Shown piece by piece: positions 48,545 through 57,520 of a DNA stretch of 64,000 nucleotides (the first letter of the stretch is position 1; the number at the start of each line of letters is the position of its first letter). This DNA comes from an uncultured Methanomicrobiales archaeon (lineage in GTDB: Archaea > Halobacteriota > Methanomicrobia > Methanomicrobiales > Methanospirillaceae). The notes under the pieces are model-generated. The model was not told where the DNA came from. It saw nothing but the letters and a program-made list of their open reading frames with translations, and made no database searches. The stretch lies in NCBI GenBank assembly GCA_903832665.1, contig CAILCG010000010.1:9061-73060 (forward strand), written 5' to 3'. Made by a program: the position numbers and the translations under genes.

Positions 48545-48619
48545 TTATATCTTGATCCGGGCCAGCGCATCCTATACGATCTTGCGAAATGTTCACCGTA
48601 ACGACGGAGAATACGGCTC
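48545..48619 (-). pseudogene. decayed duplicate of the last 25 codons of the RPA-associated gene (50072-50146)
   Basis: The minus strand reads EPYSPSLR*TFRKIV*DALARIKI*, against EQYPTIDPVTYRKIAYDALAQVKI* at the true gene end. Nucleotide similarity is roughly 75% over 75 nt. Confidence 0.7.
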
Positions 48620-48691
48620 ATTTGTTTTTACCCCCCCATTCACTCCCGGTTTGCCCGTGTTACCGGTCAGGGTTTGAAAATTTTGTTCCCG

Positions 48692-50005
48692 TTAGTACGG
48701 ATAAAACACAAAAAATGCCAGGTTGAGGACAAACAACGCCCAGCAGGCCGGCGGAATTGCCCGTATCCTGCCGCGGACAATTGCAAATACCGGCCAGAGA
48801 ACGAACCCGGCACAGAGACCAACCCCGATATTGTAGGTGAAGCTCATCATCGCGATTACCGTAAAGGAGGGGATCACCTCTGCGTAATCGGAAAAGTCAA
48901 GCCGGGTGATAGGCTCCAGCATCATCAGCCCGACAATGATGAGGGCCGGGCCGGTTGCAAAGGTCGGGATGGAAGCAAAGAGCGGGGAAAAGAAGAGCGC
49001 AATGAGAAAGAGACTCCCGACAACGATCGCCACAAGACCCGTTCGTCCTCCCTGTTCAATCCCCCCGGCAGATTCTATGAATGCGCCGTTGGTAGTGGTG
49101 CCCAGGAGAGCGCCAGCCGTTGTCGCCAGTGCATCGGCCAGAAACGGGCGTTCTACCTGGGGCAGGTTGCCGCTGCTGTCAAGAAAACCAGCCCGTGCAC
49201 TCAGGCCGATCAGCGTTCCCATGGTATCCAGAAACGCCATGGTAAAGAGCGTCAGCACAACGGAGAACATGCCCCAGGTAAAGACTCCCGCAAGATCGAG
49301 CTGAAGAAAAATCGGGGAGATATCCGGGGGCATCGAAACAATTGCCGCGGGGACCGGTGCGATCCCGGTCGCAAATGCGAGGGCGGCTGTTGCAAGGATC
49401 CCCAGCAGGATCGCAGCCGGCACTTTCCTGACCAGCAGGATACCTATCAGCAGAAAACCGATGATCGCCAGTAGCACAGAATGACTGTGGAGATCCCCCA
49501 TCTCTACCGGCACACTGCCGCTCCCCACCCGGACAATGCCCGATTCGATGAAGCCAATGAATGCCAGGAAGAGCCCAATCCCTACCGCAAAGCTGTACTT
49601 CAGGGATGCCGGGACCGCCTCACTCATGATGGAGCGCCAGCCACTCAGGGTGAGAAGGGACAACAGGATCCCGCTGATGAAAACCGCCCCAAGCGCAGTC
49701 TGCCACGGGAAGTGGAGGACCCCGACAACCGTGTAGGCAACAAAGGCATTCTCCCCCATATAGGATGCAATCGCGAACGGGCGGTTGGCATAGGCCCCCA
49801 TGATGACGCACCCAAATGCTGCTGAAATGATGGTTGCGGCCATGCAGGCTTCATAGGGAATCCCCGCGGACTTCAGGATGGCCGGGTTGACGATAATGAT
49901 GTAGGCTATCGCCATGAAGGTGACAAGACCCGCAAGGATCTCCTGACGGAATGTTGTACCGTGTTCAGGTAGCCGGAAGAACCTGCTGATCCATTGTGCA
50001 ACCAT
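48692..50005 (-). CDS. NCS2/AzgA-family purine (adenine/guanine/hypoxanthine) permease
   Basis: Contains RFFRLPEHGTTFRQEILAGLVTFMAIAYIIIVNPAIL, typical of AzgA-like permeases. Start at MVAQW (50005). Confidence 0.75.
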   Translation of the reverse strand: MVAQWISRFFRLPEHGTTFRQEILAGLVTFMAIAYIIIVNPAILKSAGIPYEACMAATIISAAFGCVIMGAYANRPFAIASYMGENAFVAYTVVGVLHFPWQTALGAVFISGILLSLLTLSGWRSIMSEAVPASLKYSFAVGIGLFLAFIGFIESGIVRVGSGSVPVEMGDLHSHSVLLAIIGFLLIGILLVRKVPAAILLGILATAALAFATGIAPVPAAIVSMPPDISPIFLQLDLAGVFTWGMFSVVLTLFTMAFLDTMGTLIGLSARAGFLDSSGNLPQVERPFLADALATTAGALLGTTTNGAFIESAGGIEQGGRTGLVAIVVGSLFLIALFFSPLFASIPTFATGPALIIVGLMMLEPITRLDFSDYAEVIPSFTVIAMMSFTYNIGVGLCAGFVLWPVFAIVRGRIRAIPPACWALFVLNLAFFVFYPY

Positions 50006-50071
50006 AATCTGTACGGAGCTTTTGAGCGGGAGCACCTTTACCTTTTTTGATACCCGCGCGAAAAAAAGAGA

Positions 50072-50674
50072 TTAGATCTTGACCTGGGCCAGCGCATCGT
50101 ATGCGATCTTCCGGTAGGTCACCGGGTCGATGGTCGGATACTGCTCTTTGGCCTTCACGACATCCACACCGGTACCCGCGGCAAACGCCTCGATCCGGTC
50201 CAGTGTGTGTTCTGCCGTGTCAAGGACCCAGAGATCCCGGGTCTCCTTATCCACGACATTGATCGATTCCACGCGGATCGAGATCATGGGTGAACTGGCC
50301 TCGTCCTTCCTATACAGGCTCGGCTTGCCGATAACCGCGACAAAGGCCGGGGTCTCGATCTTTGCCAGCTGCTGCATGGCCTCGGGCTGGTAACTGCCGG
50401 CCATGATAAAGAACGTCCCCGTCGGGTCCACCACCCTTCCGCGATAGAACATATTCTGGTCGCCCTGCCGCTGTTTCTCGGTCAGGGTGCCAACGATGAA
50501 GACCCGGTTGCAGCGCTCTCCGGTCGGGAGCAGGACAAACGTGGGGCTCTTTTCGTCCTCCCCATCCTTGAACTGGTACCGGCATTCCCGCAGTTCGCTG
50601 GCAAAGACCCGTCGGGCGGGTTCGCGCTCGAACGATGCATCCTTCCTGCCCATCTCGTGTGCGGGCGTGCTCAT
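50072..50674 (-). CDS. RPA-associated OB-fold protein (Rpap/RPA32-like, COG3390-type)
   Basis: 200 aa with RVFASELRECRY...FVLLPTGERCNRVFIVGTLTE. It overlaps the RPA gene by 4 nt. Confidence 0.65.
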   Translation of the reverse strand: MSTPAHEMGRKDASFEREPARRVFASELRECRYQFKDGEDEKSPTFVLLPTGERCNRVFIVGTLTEKQRQGDQNMFYRGRVVDPTGTFFIMAGSYQPEAMQQLAKIETPAFVAVIGKPSLYRKDEASSPMISIRVESINVVDKETRDLWVLDTAEHTLDRIEAFAAGTGVDVVKAKEQYPTIDPVTYRKIAYDALAQVKI

Positions 50675-51936
50675 GATGCACCTCCGGCCCGGTTGAGAAG
50701 CGCCGTATGCTTCTCGCTCTCAAACACCACGGGCTCGCATTTGTTGACCAGGACGCGATTATCGATCTCGCGCCCGTGGCAGGTAATGTACCGGCCAAGG
50801 ACTTTATCCCGCATCTGGAGGAAGACCTCGTCCATACCCAGCGGGTTATTCTCGGCGATCTCTTTTGCCGCATCAAGGGATATGCCGGTGAGCGACTCCA
50901 CCACATCGCGCTGGAGCAGGACGCTGTGCGTCTTTTCACCATCGTCAAGCCATCCCTTGATCCTCATGTCGTAGACGAACTTCAGCTGGATCTCATGCAC
51001 TGGACAGTAGTTCTGGCGCGAGAGGGCCCGGTTGCATCCCTCCACCGGGCAGCGCTTGATGATACCGGAGCCGGGCGCAACGTGAACGATCGCGCCACTG
51101 ACTGCTGCTTCGCCGCCATTCACCGCGATATCGCCCTCTTCCTGCATGACCATCGCGGTATTGAGGTTCAACGAGAGTCGGCCGTTATACTCGTCCACCT
51201 GTGCATAGAAAATATTGTACACCGCACCCGGTGCGAGACTCTCCTTACCCGGCTCTTTCCAGATCACGAACTTGATCGTGCCGGTCTCGTCGCCCAGCAG
51301 GCCCGACTGGAGCATCCGTTCGTGGGACGCGTCCCATTCCTGGACCACTTTGGCCCGGATGCTGCCGATACCCGGGTGCAGTTCGCCAATTGAAGTCGTT
51401 GCCGGCATGAGTGCCCGGTCTTCTTCGATCTCCTTGATCGTGGTGCCGGAATGGATCTTCAGGCTCGCGATACCCTTGAATTCGTCCACTACCGCGGATT
51501 CGATCCGGTACCAGGAGCCCTGCGTCATGGCCGGTGCGTTCGCCTTTGCCCACGCAACAAAACGGAGGGCGCCGGAATCATCGGCGATGATGCCACTCTG
51601 CGCAATCGCGGGTGATGCGGGAGCTGCGAGTGCTACGATCTTGCCTTCGATCGTTACCCACTCGCCGGGTGCTGCATCAGCAATCTTCTTCTCTGCTGTC
51701 CCACCGCTTCCTGCGCCGCCACTGCCAGCGCTGCCGCCAGCTCCCATCACGGGGATGTTGAACTCCTTGTTGAGTTCATTGGTCACGCTGCGCTCTGCTT
51801 CTGCCGGCTGGACGCCAAACTCCTCGATCAGTCTGCGGAGTTTACCTTCGATCTTCTTCTGATCAACGGTCTGTCCGCTCTTTGAGAACTTACGGGAGAT
51901 TCTGTCTGCTGCTTCGGAAAAATCCATTTCGTACAT
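50671..51936 (-). CDS. rpa: replication protein A (single-stranded DNA-binding protein, multiple OB folds plus zinc finger)
   Basis: OB-fold repeats (WVTIEGKIV, WYRIESAVVDEFKG, VYNIFYAQVDEYNGRLSL) and a zinc motif CPVEGCNR...CPVH. The start is ATG 51936 or 51927. Confidence 0.75.
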   Translation of the reverse strand: MYEMDFSEAADRISRKFSKSGQTVDQKKIEGKLRRLIEEFGVQPAEAERSVTNELNKEFNIPVMGAGGSAGSGGAGSGGTAEKKIADAAPGEWVTIEGKIVALAAPASPAIAQSGIIADDSGALRFVAWAKANAPAMTQGSWYRIESAVVDEFKGIASLKIHSGTTIKEIEEDRALMPATTSIGELHPGIGSIRAKVVQEWDASHERMLQSGLLGDETGTIKFVIWKEPGKESLAPGAVYNIFYAQVDEYNGRLSLNLNTAMVMQEEGDIAVNGGEAAVSGAIVHVAPGSGIIKRCPVEGCNRALSRQNYCPVHEIQLKFVYDMRIKGWLDDGEKTHSVLLQRDVVESLTGISLDAAKEIAENNPLGMDEVFLQMRDKVLGRYITCHGREIDNRVLVNKCEPVVFESEKHTALLNRAGGAS

Positions 51937-52060
51937 CTCCACATAAGCATCGGATCTTATCAGGTCTATATATTGCGAAGTATGCGCTGTGAAAGTAAAC
52001 CTGTACAAAAAACCAGCCGTAATGGTCAGGTTTATGTGACCACAGGCAGACTATCTGAGT

Positions 52061-52258
52061 ATGGCAGAAATTAATGCAGACAGCACCATCTATGAACTCC
52101 TCCAGGCAAAACCCGAGTCCACCGAGGCACTCTTCAAGTTCGGCATGGGGTGCGTAGGATGCGCGATCGCCCGTGGCGAAACGATCCGCCAGGCAGCAGA
52201 AGCACATGGCATCCCCCTGCCCGAACTCGTCAAGGCACTGGGCATCAGCGAGAAGTAA
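52061..52258 (+). CDS. DUF1858-type small redox-disulfide protein (hybrid-cluster-protein-associated family)
   Basis: 65 aa with TIYELLQAKPESTEALFKFGMGCVGCAIARGETIRQAAEAHGI. Confidence 0.65.
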   Translation: MAEINADSTIYELLQAKPESTEALFKFGMGCVGCAIARGETIRQAAEAHGIPLPELVKALGISEK

Positions 52259-52269
52259 AAAACTTTAAA

Positions 52270-53145
52270 CTATTCTTTTTTTTGTCGTGCCAGGATCTCC
52301 GTAAGCGAAGATGTCGGGTAGTTTTTCAGGTAACCGGCAATCGCCGGTTCGTGGAGTAACGTACACCCCGCGCAGTTCCAGACCCGGTTCCCGGTGGAAC
52401 CCGCAGACCACTGCCCGAGACGCTCGTCTCCGCACGGGTAGAACGGGCAATAGCAGAAATCGCAGGACTGCCCGGCAAAGTGGCACGGGTAGTACGGGCA
52501 GTTGTGCGGAGTCCATTCCACCCAGTGATCTCCCTTGATCCGGCTGAAAACAAAAAATGACAGGCTGTGGTCCTGCACTTCGCTGTCATGACGCTGGATC
52601 GCATGCGGGATCCCGTGAAGGACCGCAGCCCGCACACGGAGACCGGTATCGGTCAGCCTGCCGGCGTTCCGGTGCTTCACCTCACCTTCGCAGGCAGCGA
52701 TCACCGCATCGGTCGGTGTGCCGCTCAGCGGGAGACCGAGTGCTGCAAGGGCTTCTGCCTTTGCCTCGGTTGCCACCATGATCGTCTCGAGCAGCGCGGC
52801 ATCCCCCATGCCTTCACTGCTGGTGACGATGATATTGATAGTCCCGGCCGACTCCATGGACTCACGCCGGATTCCTGCCGTGATGAAGACCGTTACGAAA
52901 TCATACTGGAGCACACAGCACTGCTGTATCGGAACCGCGGTGAGCAGCCCAAAGTATTCCGGAGAGAGCCCGGCACTCGCCGCAACCATCGCGAGCTCCT
53001 TTCCCGGATCCGCGTGGTCCCATCCCGAGAGAACGGTATGGTTAAAAAGTTCAGGGACCTGGCGTATGCCGCCATTTATGCCCGTGCTTGCGGCACGGAA
53101 CGAACCGCGAATGAAAAGAGTATGGGTATCTGAATAATATCTCAT
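52270..53145 (-). CDS. cbiZ: adenosylcobinamide amidohydrolase CbiZ fused to a C-terminal cysteine-rich small domain
   Basis: Starts MRYYSDTHTLFIRGSFRAASTGINGG... and has TINIIVTS. The C-terminal domain is NCPYYPCHFAGQSCDFCYCPFYPCGD...WNCAGCTLLH. Confidence 0.7.
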   Translation of the reverse strand: MRYYSDTHTLFIRGSFRAASTGINGGIRQVPELFNHTVLSGWDHADPGKELAMVAASAGLSPEYFGLLTAVPIQQCCVLQYDFVTVFITAGIRRESMESAGTINIIVTSSEGMGDAALLETIMVATEAKAEALAALGLPLSGTPTDAVIAACEGEVKHRNAGRLTDTGLRVRAAVLHGIPHAIQRHDSEVQDHSLSFFVFSRIKGDHWVEWTPHNCPYYPCHFAGQSCDFCYCPFYPCGDERLGQWSAGSTGNRVWNCAGCTLLHEPAIAGYLKNYPTSSLTEILARQKKE

Positions 53146-53504
53146 GCAACCGAATAGCGCGTACGGTCTTTGAGTTCCTGCTGTTTGCCGGCGTTCCATC
53201 CCGACACATCCTGCAGGTAACCGGTTACCCTGCTGATCTGGGTCACATCATGGGAACCGCATTCAGGGCAGACGGGTTTCCCGCAGAGCGGGCAGTACTC
53301 AATACCTGAAAGGATCTCATGGGAACAGTGGCAGTGATCGAGCGGACACATAATCTCAAGATGCGTCTCGCCACAATTCGGACACGGGCTCTCCTCCACG
53401 ATCAGGTGGCAGGTGTGGCACTTGTATTTACGTTCCTTTTCCGGAATCTCGTCTACGCTTTTGAATTTCTGTGCCAGTTTCCGTTGTTCTTCTGTCCAAT
53501 CCAT
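53142..53504 (-). CDS. stand-alone NrdD-C-terminal-like zinc-ribbon/glycyl-radical domain protein
   Basis: 120 aa. Has CHTCH...CPNCG and CPLCGKPVCPECG, then ISRVTGYLQDVSGWNAGKQQELKDR. The last segment matches the class III RNR glycyl-radical motif (RxxGYL...N-GK--E). Confidence 0.65.
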   Translation of the reverse strand: MDWTEEQRKLAQKFKSVDEIPEKERKYKCHTCHLIVEESPCPNCGETHLEIMCPLDHCHCSHEILSGIEYCPLCGKPVCPECGSHDVTQISRVTGYLQDVSGWNAGKQQELKDRTRYSVA

Positions 53505-53629
53505 ACTATAACATGTCCCGGGTCATTAATAAATTTTTAGAACCAGCAGGTTAAACGAACGGCTGTTTCATCCGCAGATAAGCGTGCATATTCATATCTG
53601 GCCACAAAAAATCGTTGGTTTATAACCGC

Positions 53630-54268
53630 TCACACCTTACGGACATGAGCAAATCCCTGTGCTGCGGCTGCCGGATCCTTTGCCTCATAGATCGCGCGGC
53701 CAACGATGATACCATCAACAAGTTTTGAAATCGTATCGGCATCTCCACCCTGCGCTCCCACTCCCGGTGAAAGGATCTTCCGCTTGCCGACAATGCCCCG
53801 CAGGACTTTTACCCGGCCGGGCCGGGTGGCGGGGGCGATGATCCCGTCTGCCCCGCATTCCATGGCGAGTTCTGCAATCTTCTCTGCGGCACCGCCATGG
53901 AAAAAACCCGTGGCCCCCGGGTGACTCATCTCGGCAACCACGTAGCAGGAACCCCCGCATTCGAACGAGGTCTCGACACACGCAGTCACGGAATCTTTTC
54001 CCACGAACCCGTGGCAGATGATCGAAGAGAACCCGGCATCAAAGACCTGTTCTGCGATCAGCCGGTTGGTGTTGGGGATATCTGCCACCTTGAAATCGGC
54101 AATGAGGGGGAGGTCATACTCTACCATCTCATCGGCTATCGCGAGGCCGCAGGAGAGCACCAGCGGGTAGCCGAGCTTGATGGCATCGATATGGGGGGCA
54201 CAGACTTCTGCGATCGAAAGCGCGGTCTTCTTCTCGGTCGCATCCAGCGCGAGAATGAGATCAGTCAT
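53630..54268 (-). CDS. pyrF: orotidine 5'-phosphate decarboxylase
   Basis: 212 aa with LILALD...IDAIKLGYPL...LIADFKVADIPNT...PGVGAQGG. Confidence 0.85.
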   Translation of the reverse strand: MTDLILALDATEKKTALSIAEVCAPHIDAIKLGYPLVLSCGLAIADEMVEYDLPLIADFKVADIPNTNRLIAEQVFDAGFSSIICHGFVGKDSVTACVETSFECGGSCYVVAEMSHPGATGFFHGGAAEKIAELAMECGADGIIAPATRPGRVKVLRGIVGKRKILSPGVGAQGGDADTISKLVDGIIVGRAIYEAKDPAAAAQGFAHVRKV

Positions 54269-55199
54269 GGGAGAGTCTCTCCAGGACTGCGGCTACCATG
54301 ACGGGGAGGGTGATCGTGGCATCGCCATATACGGTGACCGCCTGGGCTTCTTCCGTGATCTTGCCCCAGGAACGGGCCTCGTCCAGGGTCGCACCCGAGA
54401 GCCCTCCGAGATCCGGGCGGTCTCCGGTCAGCTGGACTGCATAGGAGAACCCGTTGGGGGTCATGAGCATGCTCTGGAGAATGAAGTTTTTCGGAACACC
54501 GCCCCCTACCAGCATGGCGCCAGCTTTCTTTGTCGTGAAGCAGAGATCCATAAGCGCGGGCATATCCGAAAATGCATCGACCGTGACCTTGTTGATCTGG
54601 GAAAACAGCCAGTACTGAAGGCCGATCATCGAGTCCTGCACCGCAGGGCAGTAGACCGGGATGGTATTGTGGTACGCGGTGTGGAGGATACCTGACTTCA
54701 GGTTTTTTCCGATGTGACGGAGGAGCGCAGATATGGAGATGGTGCTGCCGGGCTCAAGTTCTGCAAATACGTTTTGCATGAACTCCTCGAAATGCTCGAA
54801 TGCCTCGTTAGGGAGGTAGACATCGTAGATCCGGTTGATCTCATCGTGCCGCAGCTCGATATCATTGCAGAACGCGGTACCGTGGAAATGTTTGCACCCG
54901 ATCGCCTCGATGATATCGTGCGTGAGGTTTGCGCCCGTGGAGACGAGCACATCGATATGCCCGCCCTTGATGAGATCGGAGACGATCCCGCCCATACCTG
55001 CAGGGACCATTGCCCCGGCAAGCCCGAAAAATTTCGTGGTCTCCTTGTCGCGCAGCATCTGGTCGTAGATATCAACGGCGCGGGCCAGCGATCCGCCATT
55101 GTACGCCCCGGCCTTTCCCATTGCCACGACCAGTTCATTGACGGTCATCTTCGGTTTCAGGTGCATCTGGGTGACCGGTTCATCGCACTGTTTTGCCAT
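54261..55199 (-). CDS. dys: deoxyhypusine synthase
   Basis: 312 aa from MAKQCDEP, with FFGLAGAMVPAGMGG...DVLVSTGANLTHD...GGGVPKNF. The first 39 codons of the track ORF were rejected. Confidence 0.8.
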   Translation of the reverse strand: MAKQCDEPVTQMHLKPKMTVNELVVAMGKAGAYNGGSLARAVDIYDQMLRDKETTKFFGLAGAMVPAGMGGIVSDLIKGGHIDVLVSTGANLTHDIIEAIGCKHFHGTAFCNDIELRHDEINRIYDVYLPNEAFEHFEEFMQNVFAELEPGSTISISALLRHIGKNLKSGILHTAYHNTIPVYCPAVQDSMIGLQYWLFSQINKVTVDAFSDMPALMDLCFTTKKAGAMLVGGGVPKNFILQSMLMTPNGFSYAVQLTGDRPDLGGLSGATLDEARSWGKITEEAQAVTVYGDATITLPVMVAAVLERLSHD

Positions 55200-55344
55200 A
55201 GGTATGTTCTCCCCAATTGGGAAGGGTATTGGCGTTCCGTAAAGATAACTGTGTTTGGAGGAAATCCAAAAAAAAGTTCGGGCTAATTTGTAAAAAACTT
55301 CCCCGGGCATGAACATTTTTTATTTTCTTATTTCCTCGCCAGAT

Positions 55345-55377
55345 TTTTTCCTGTCGGACTGGTTTTTCCTGTCGGAC
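55345..55377 (+). promoter_or_regulatory. 15-nt perfect direct repeat in a divergent promoter region (candidate operator)
   Basis: TTTTTCCTGTCGGAC occurs at 55345-55359 and again at 55363-55377, between dys (minus strand) and the 55571 operon (plus strand). Confidence 0.35.
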
Positions 55378-55570
55378 AGTTTGGAACGTATGAAAAAATG
55401 TGTACCCTGAATAAAAAATGAGTTTTTCAGAGGCCTGCGTAATGAATTGGCCTTTTTCTCATACGCTGCTGAAAAAAATTGAGCCTGTGAAAGGAAAAAA
55501 AGAGAAAAAAAAGATTTCCCGTAGTAATAAATGGGGAAGATATTTACCCTTTAAGAATTAGTCTATCCCT

Positions 55571-56137
55571 ATGAAAGACGTCCGGTTAACCGTCAAGAAG
55601 CGAGCTTTCCCGAGCCAGGGACGGGTGCGTCTCAATATAGCACACCTGCCCGAACTGGGAATAAAAGAAGGAGAACACGTAGATCTCATCAACGAAACTT
55701 CCAAAAAGACCGTGACTGCCACGGTAATTGCCGACACCATGGTGCGGGAAGGACAGGTACGGGTCAGTGAAGAGGATCTCAAGGCAGTCGGACTCAGCGA
55801 TGATGATGAGGTTCTTGTCAGGAAAACCCCGCCATTCCAGGAAAAGGTCAAAAAAGCAGCGGCAGATGCGAACAAATCCTTTTCAAAGAGTGTTGACAAG
55901 CTCGATGAATCGGTGAAAAAGACTGCGGTTAGCGTGAAGGCCGGCGCCGCAAAGACTGCCGCTTCCGTAAAAAAAGAGACCAAGAAAGTCTCGGACAGTG
56001 TTGAAGAAGTAGTTGCAAAAGCCACCGGCAAAGGGAAAAAATCAGTGAAAATGGAAAAAGCCGAAGAACCTGATCTCGAGAACAAATATGATGATCCCGT
56101 GTTTGATGACGCGGGATTCGATGATGAGCATCATTAG
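55571..56137 (+). CDS. Cdc48/VAT-N-domain-like (double-psi barrel) protein with Lys/Ala-rich acidic-ended tail
   Basis: Contains VRLTVKKRAFPSQGRVRLNIAHLPELGIKEGEHVDLINETSKKTVTATVIAD...GQVRVSEEDLKAVGLSDDDEVLVRK, followed by a low-complexity KKAA/KKT tail. Confidence 0.5.
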   Translation: MKDVRLTVKKRAFPSQGRVRLNIAHLPELGIKEGEHVDLINETSKKTVTATVIADTMVREGQVRVSEEDLKAVGLSDDDEVLVRKTPPFQEKVKKAAADANKSFSKSVDKLDESVKKTAVSVKAGAAKTAASVKKETKKVSDSVEEVVAKATGKGKKSVKMEKAEEPDLENKYDDPVFDDAGFDDEHH

Positions 56138-56193
56138 GCTACAATACATTTTTTTGGTTACGGATTAAAAAACCGTGAAGGGCTGAAAGATCA

Positions 56194-56577
56194 ATGGCAA
56201 CCGAAGCAATAATCACCGACACCGTTCTCATGGGAATCCTGGTTGTTCTCGCAATGGTGATCATCTACCTCATTGTCCGGGAGGTCCGCATTATGAAGAC
56301 GGCCAACCGCACAATTGAGCTGGAACTCGAAAAGGACAAACTCAAACTTTTGAAGCAGCACGAAGAATCCAAGGTCTTCCCATTTACCCGGCTCTCCCCG
56401 GAACAGACTGCCGAGATAAGATCTGTAGAAGATGACAATTCGAGCCTTGAAACCAACATCTATGCAAAGGAAAAACTGATCGAAACACGGTTGACCCGGC
56501 TCGAAAACCTGGTGAAAACAAGAAAACTGGATAATCTTCTGGGGAATATCCAGGAACAGGAGAAGCAGGTGAAATAA
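56194..56577 (+). CDS. membrane-anchored coiled-coil protein
   Basis: TM helix VLMGILVVLAMVIIYLIV, then heptad-rich ELELEKDKLKLLKQ...LIETRLTRLENLVKTRKLDNLL. Confidence 0.5.
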   Translation: MATEAIITDTVLMGILVVLAMVIIYLIVREVRIMKTANRTIELELEKDKLKLLKQHEESKVFPFTRLSPEQTAEIRSVEDDNSSLETNIYAKEKLIETRLTRLENLVKTRKLDNLLGNIQEQEKQVK

Positions 56578-56580
56578 ACC

Positions 56581-56898
56581 ATGTACCCGGTTATCAATCA
56601 GAACCCCGAACAGAACGCCACCGGAACGTCGTTCTGGGATCAGTTCTCTCATATCCAGGGGACGATCGAATCCTGCATACCCACGTTCGATAAATCGCTT
56701 GATGCATATTTTGACCAGAACTTTGCTGCCATCGTCGAAGAATGGGATCTCGTAACCGACAGCGATCTCCACAAACTGGAAACCCGGCTCGCGGCCGTGA
56801 GTGATGAGATCAGCAGTCTTTACGCGGGAAAGATGACCATCGAGAGTCGGGCAGAAAAGCTAGAGAACCTGATCTCATCTTTGGAGAAGTCATTATGA
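56581..56898 (+). CDS. small coiled-coil protein, EEWDLV-motif paralog 1
   Basis: Contains DAYFDQNFAAIVEEWDLVTDSDLHKLETRLAAVSDEISSL...KLENLISSLEKSL. It starts 3 nt after the preceding stop. Confidence 0.55.
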   Translation: MYPVINQNPEQNATGTSFWDQFSHIQGTIESCIPTFDKSLDAYFDQNFAAIVEEWDLVTDSDLHKLETRLAAVSDEISSLYAGKMTIESRAEKLENLISSLEKSL

Positions 56899-57116
56899 TC
56901 GGCGCGGATAATTACCTCCACGCATATGTCGACCGGAGGATGAAATACATCGTTGACGAGTGGGATCTCGCCACCCATCCCGATCTCTCTGATTTTGTGG
57001 GTCGCCTGTATGCCATCGAACAGGAGATCCCCCGGCTGAAATCCTTTGAGCACGCAGCATCGGACAAACTTACCGAGCTTGAAACCCGGGCCAACAAGCT
57101 GAAGGGGAGGATCTGA
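56895..57116 (+). CDS. small coiled-coil protein, EEWDLV-motif paralog 2
   Basis: Contains HAYVDRRMKYIVDEWDLATHPDLSDFVGRLYAIEQEI...LTELETRANKLKGRI. ATGA overlap with the previous gene. Confidence 0.55.
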   Translation: MIGADNYLHAYVDRRMKYIVDEWDLATHPDLSDFVGRLYAIEQEIPRLKSFEHAASDKLTELETRANKLKGRI

Positions 57117-57117
57117 T

Positions 57118-57474
57118 ATGGACGTACTGGAATTCATCATCATCGTCATTATCCTGTGTGCGCTCATCTTCCTGATCTATTATTTTATCAGGGGTGCAAA
57201 AGGCGACATCTCGCTTGCACGACCGGTAGAGAGCCGGGTGAACGAGTATCTTGACCGGAGATTCCAGAGCATGGTCGAGGAGTGGCAGCTCGTCTCCCAC
57301 CCAAAACTCCAGCAGTTCAAGGAACAGCACTACAAGGAGATCGAAAACGATGAAGCCCGTCTCGCCGAACTGAAGAACTATGAGGCCGGGATGCAGACCA
57401 CCCTGGTAAACTTGGAGGCGCGCCTTGACACTGTGGAAAAAGAGCTTGCCCGGAAAGACCCCGCCAAAAAGTAA
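57118..57474 (+). CDS. membrane-anchored coiled-coil protein, EEWDLV-motif paralog 3
   Basis: TM helix FIIIVIILCALIFLIYYFI, then NEYLDRRFQSMVEEWQLVSHPKLQQFKEQ...LVNLEARLDTVEKEL. It starts 1 nt after the previous stop. Confidence 0.55.
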   Translation: MDVLEFIIIVIILCALIFLIYYFIRGAKGDISLARPVESRVNEYLDRRFQSMVEEWQLVSHPKLQQFKEQHYKEIENDEARLAELKNYEAGMQTTLVNLEARLDTVEKELARKDPAKK

Positions 57475-57520
57475 GAACTCACCCGATCTCTTTGCCCAGC
57501 TGAAAGGCGAGATCACGGTG

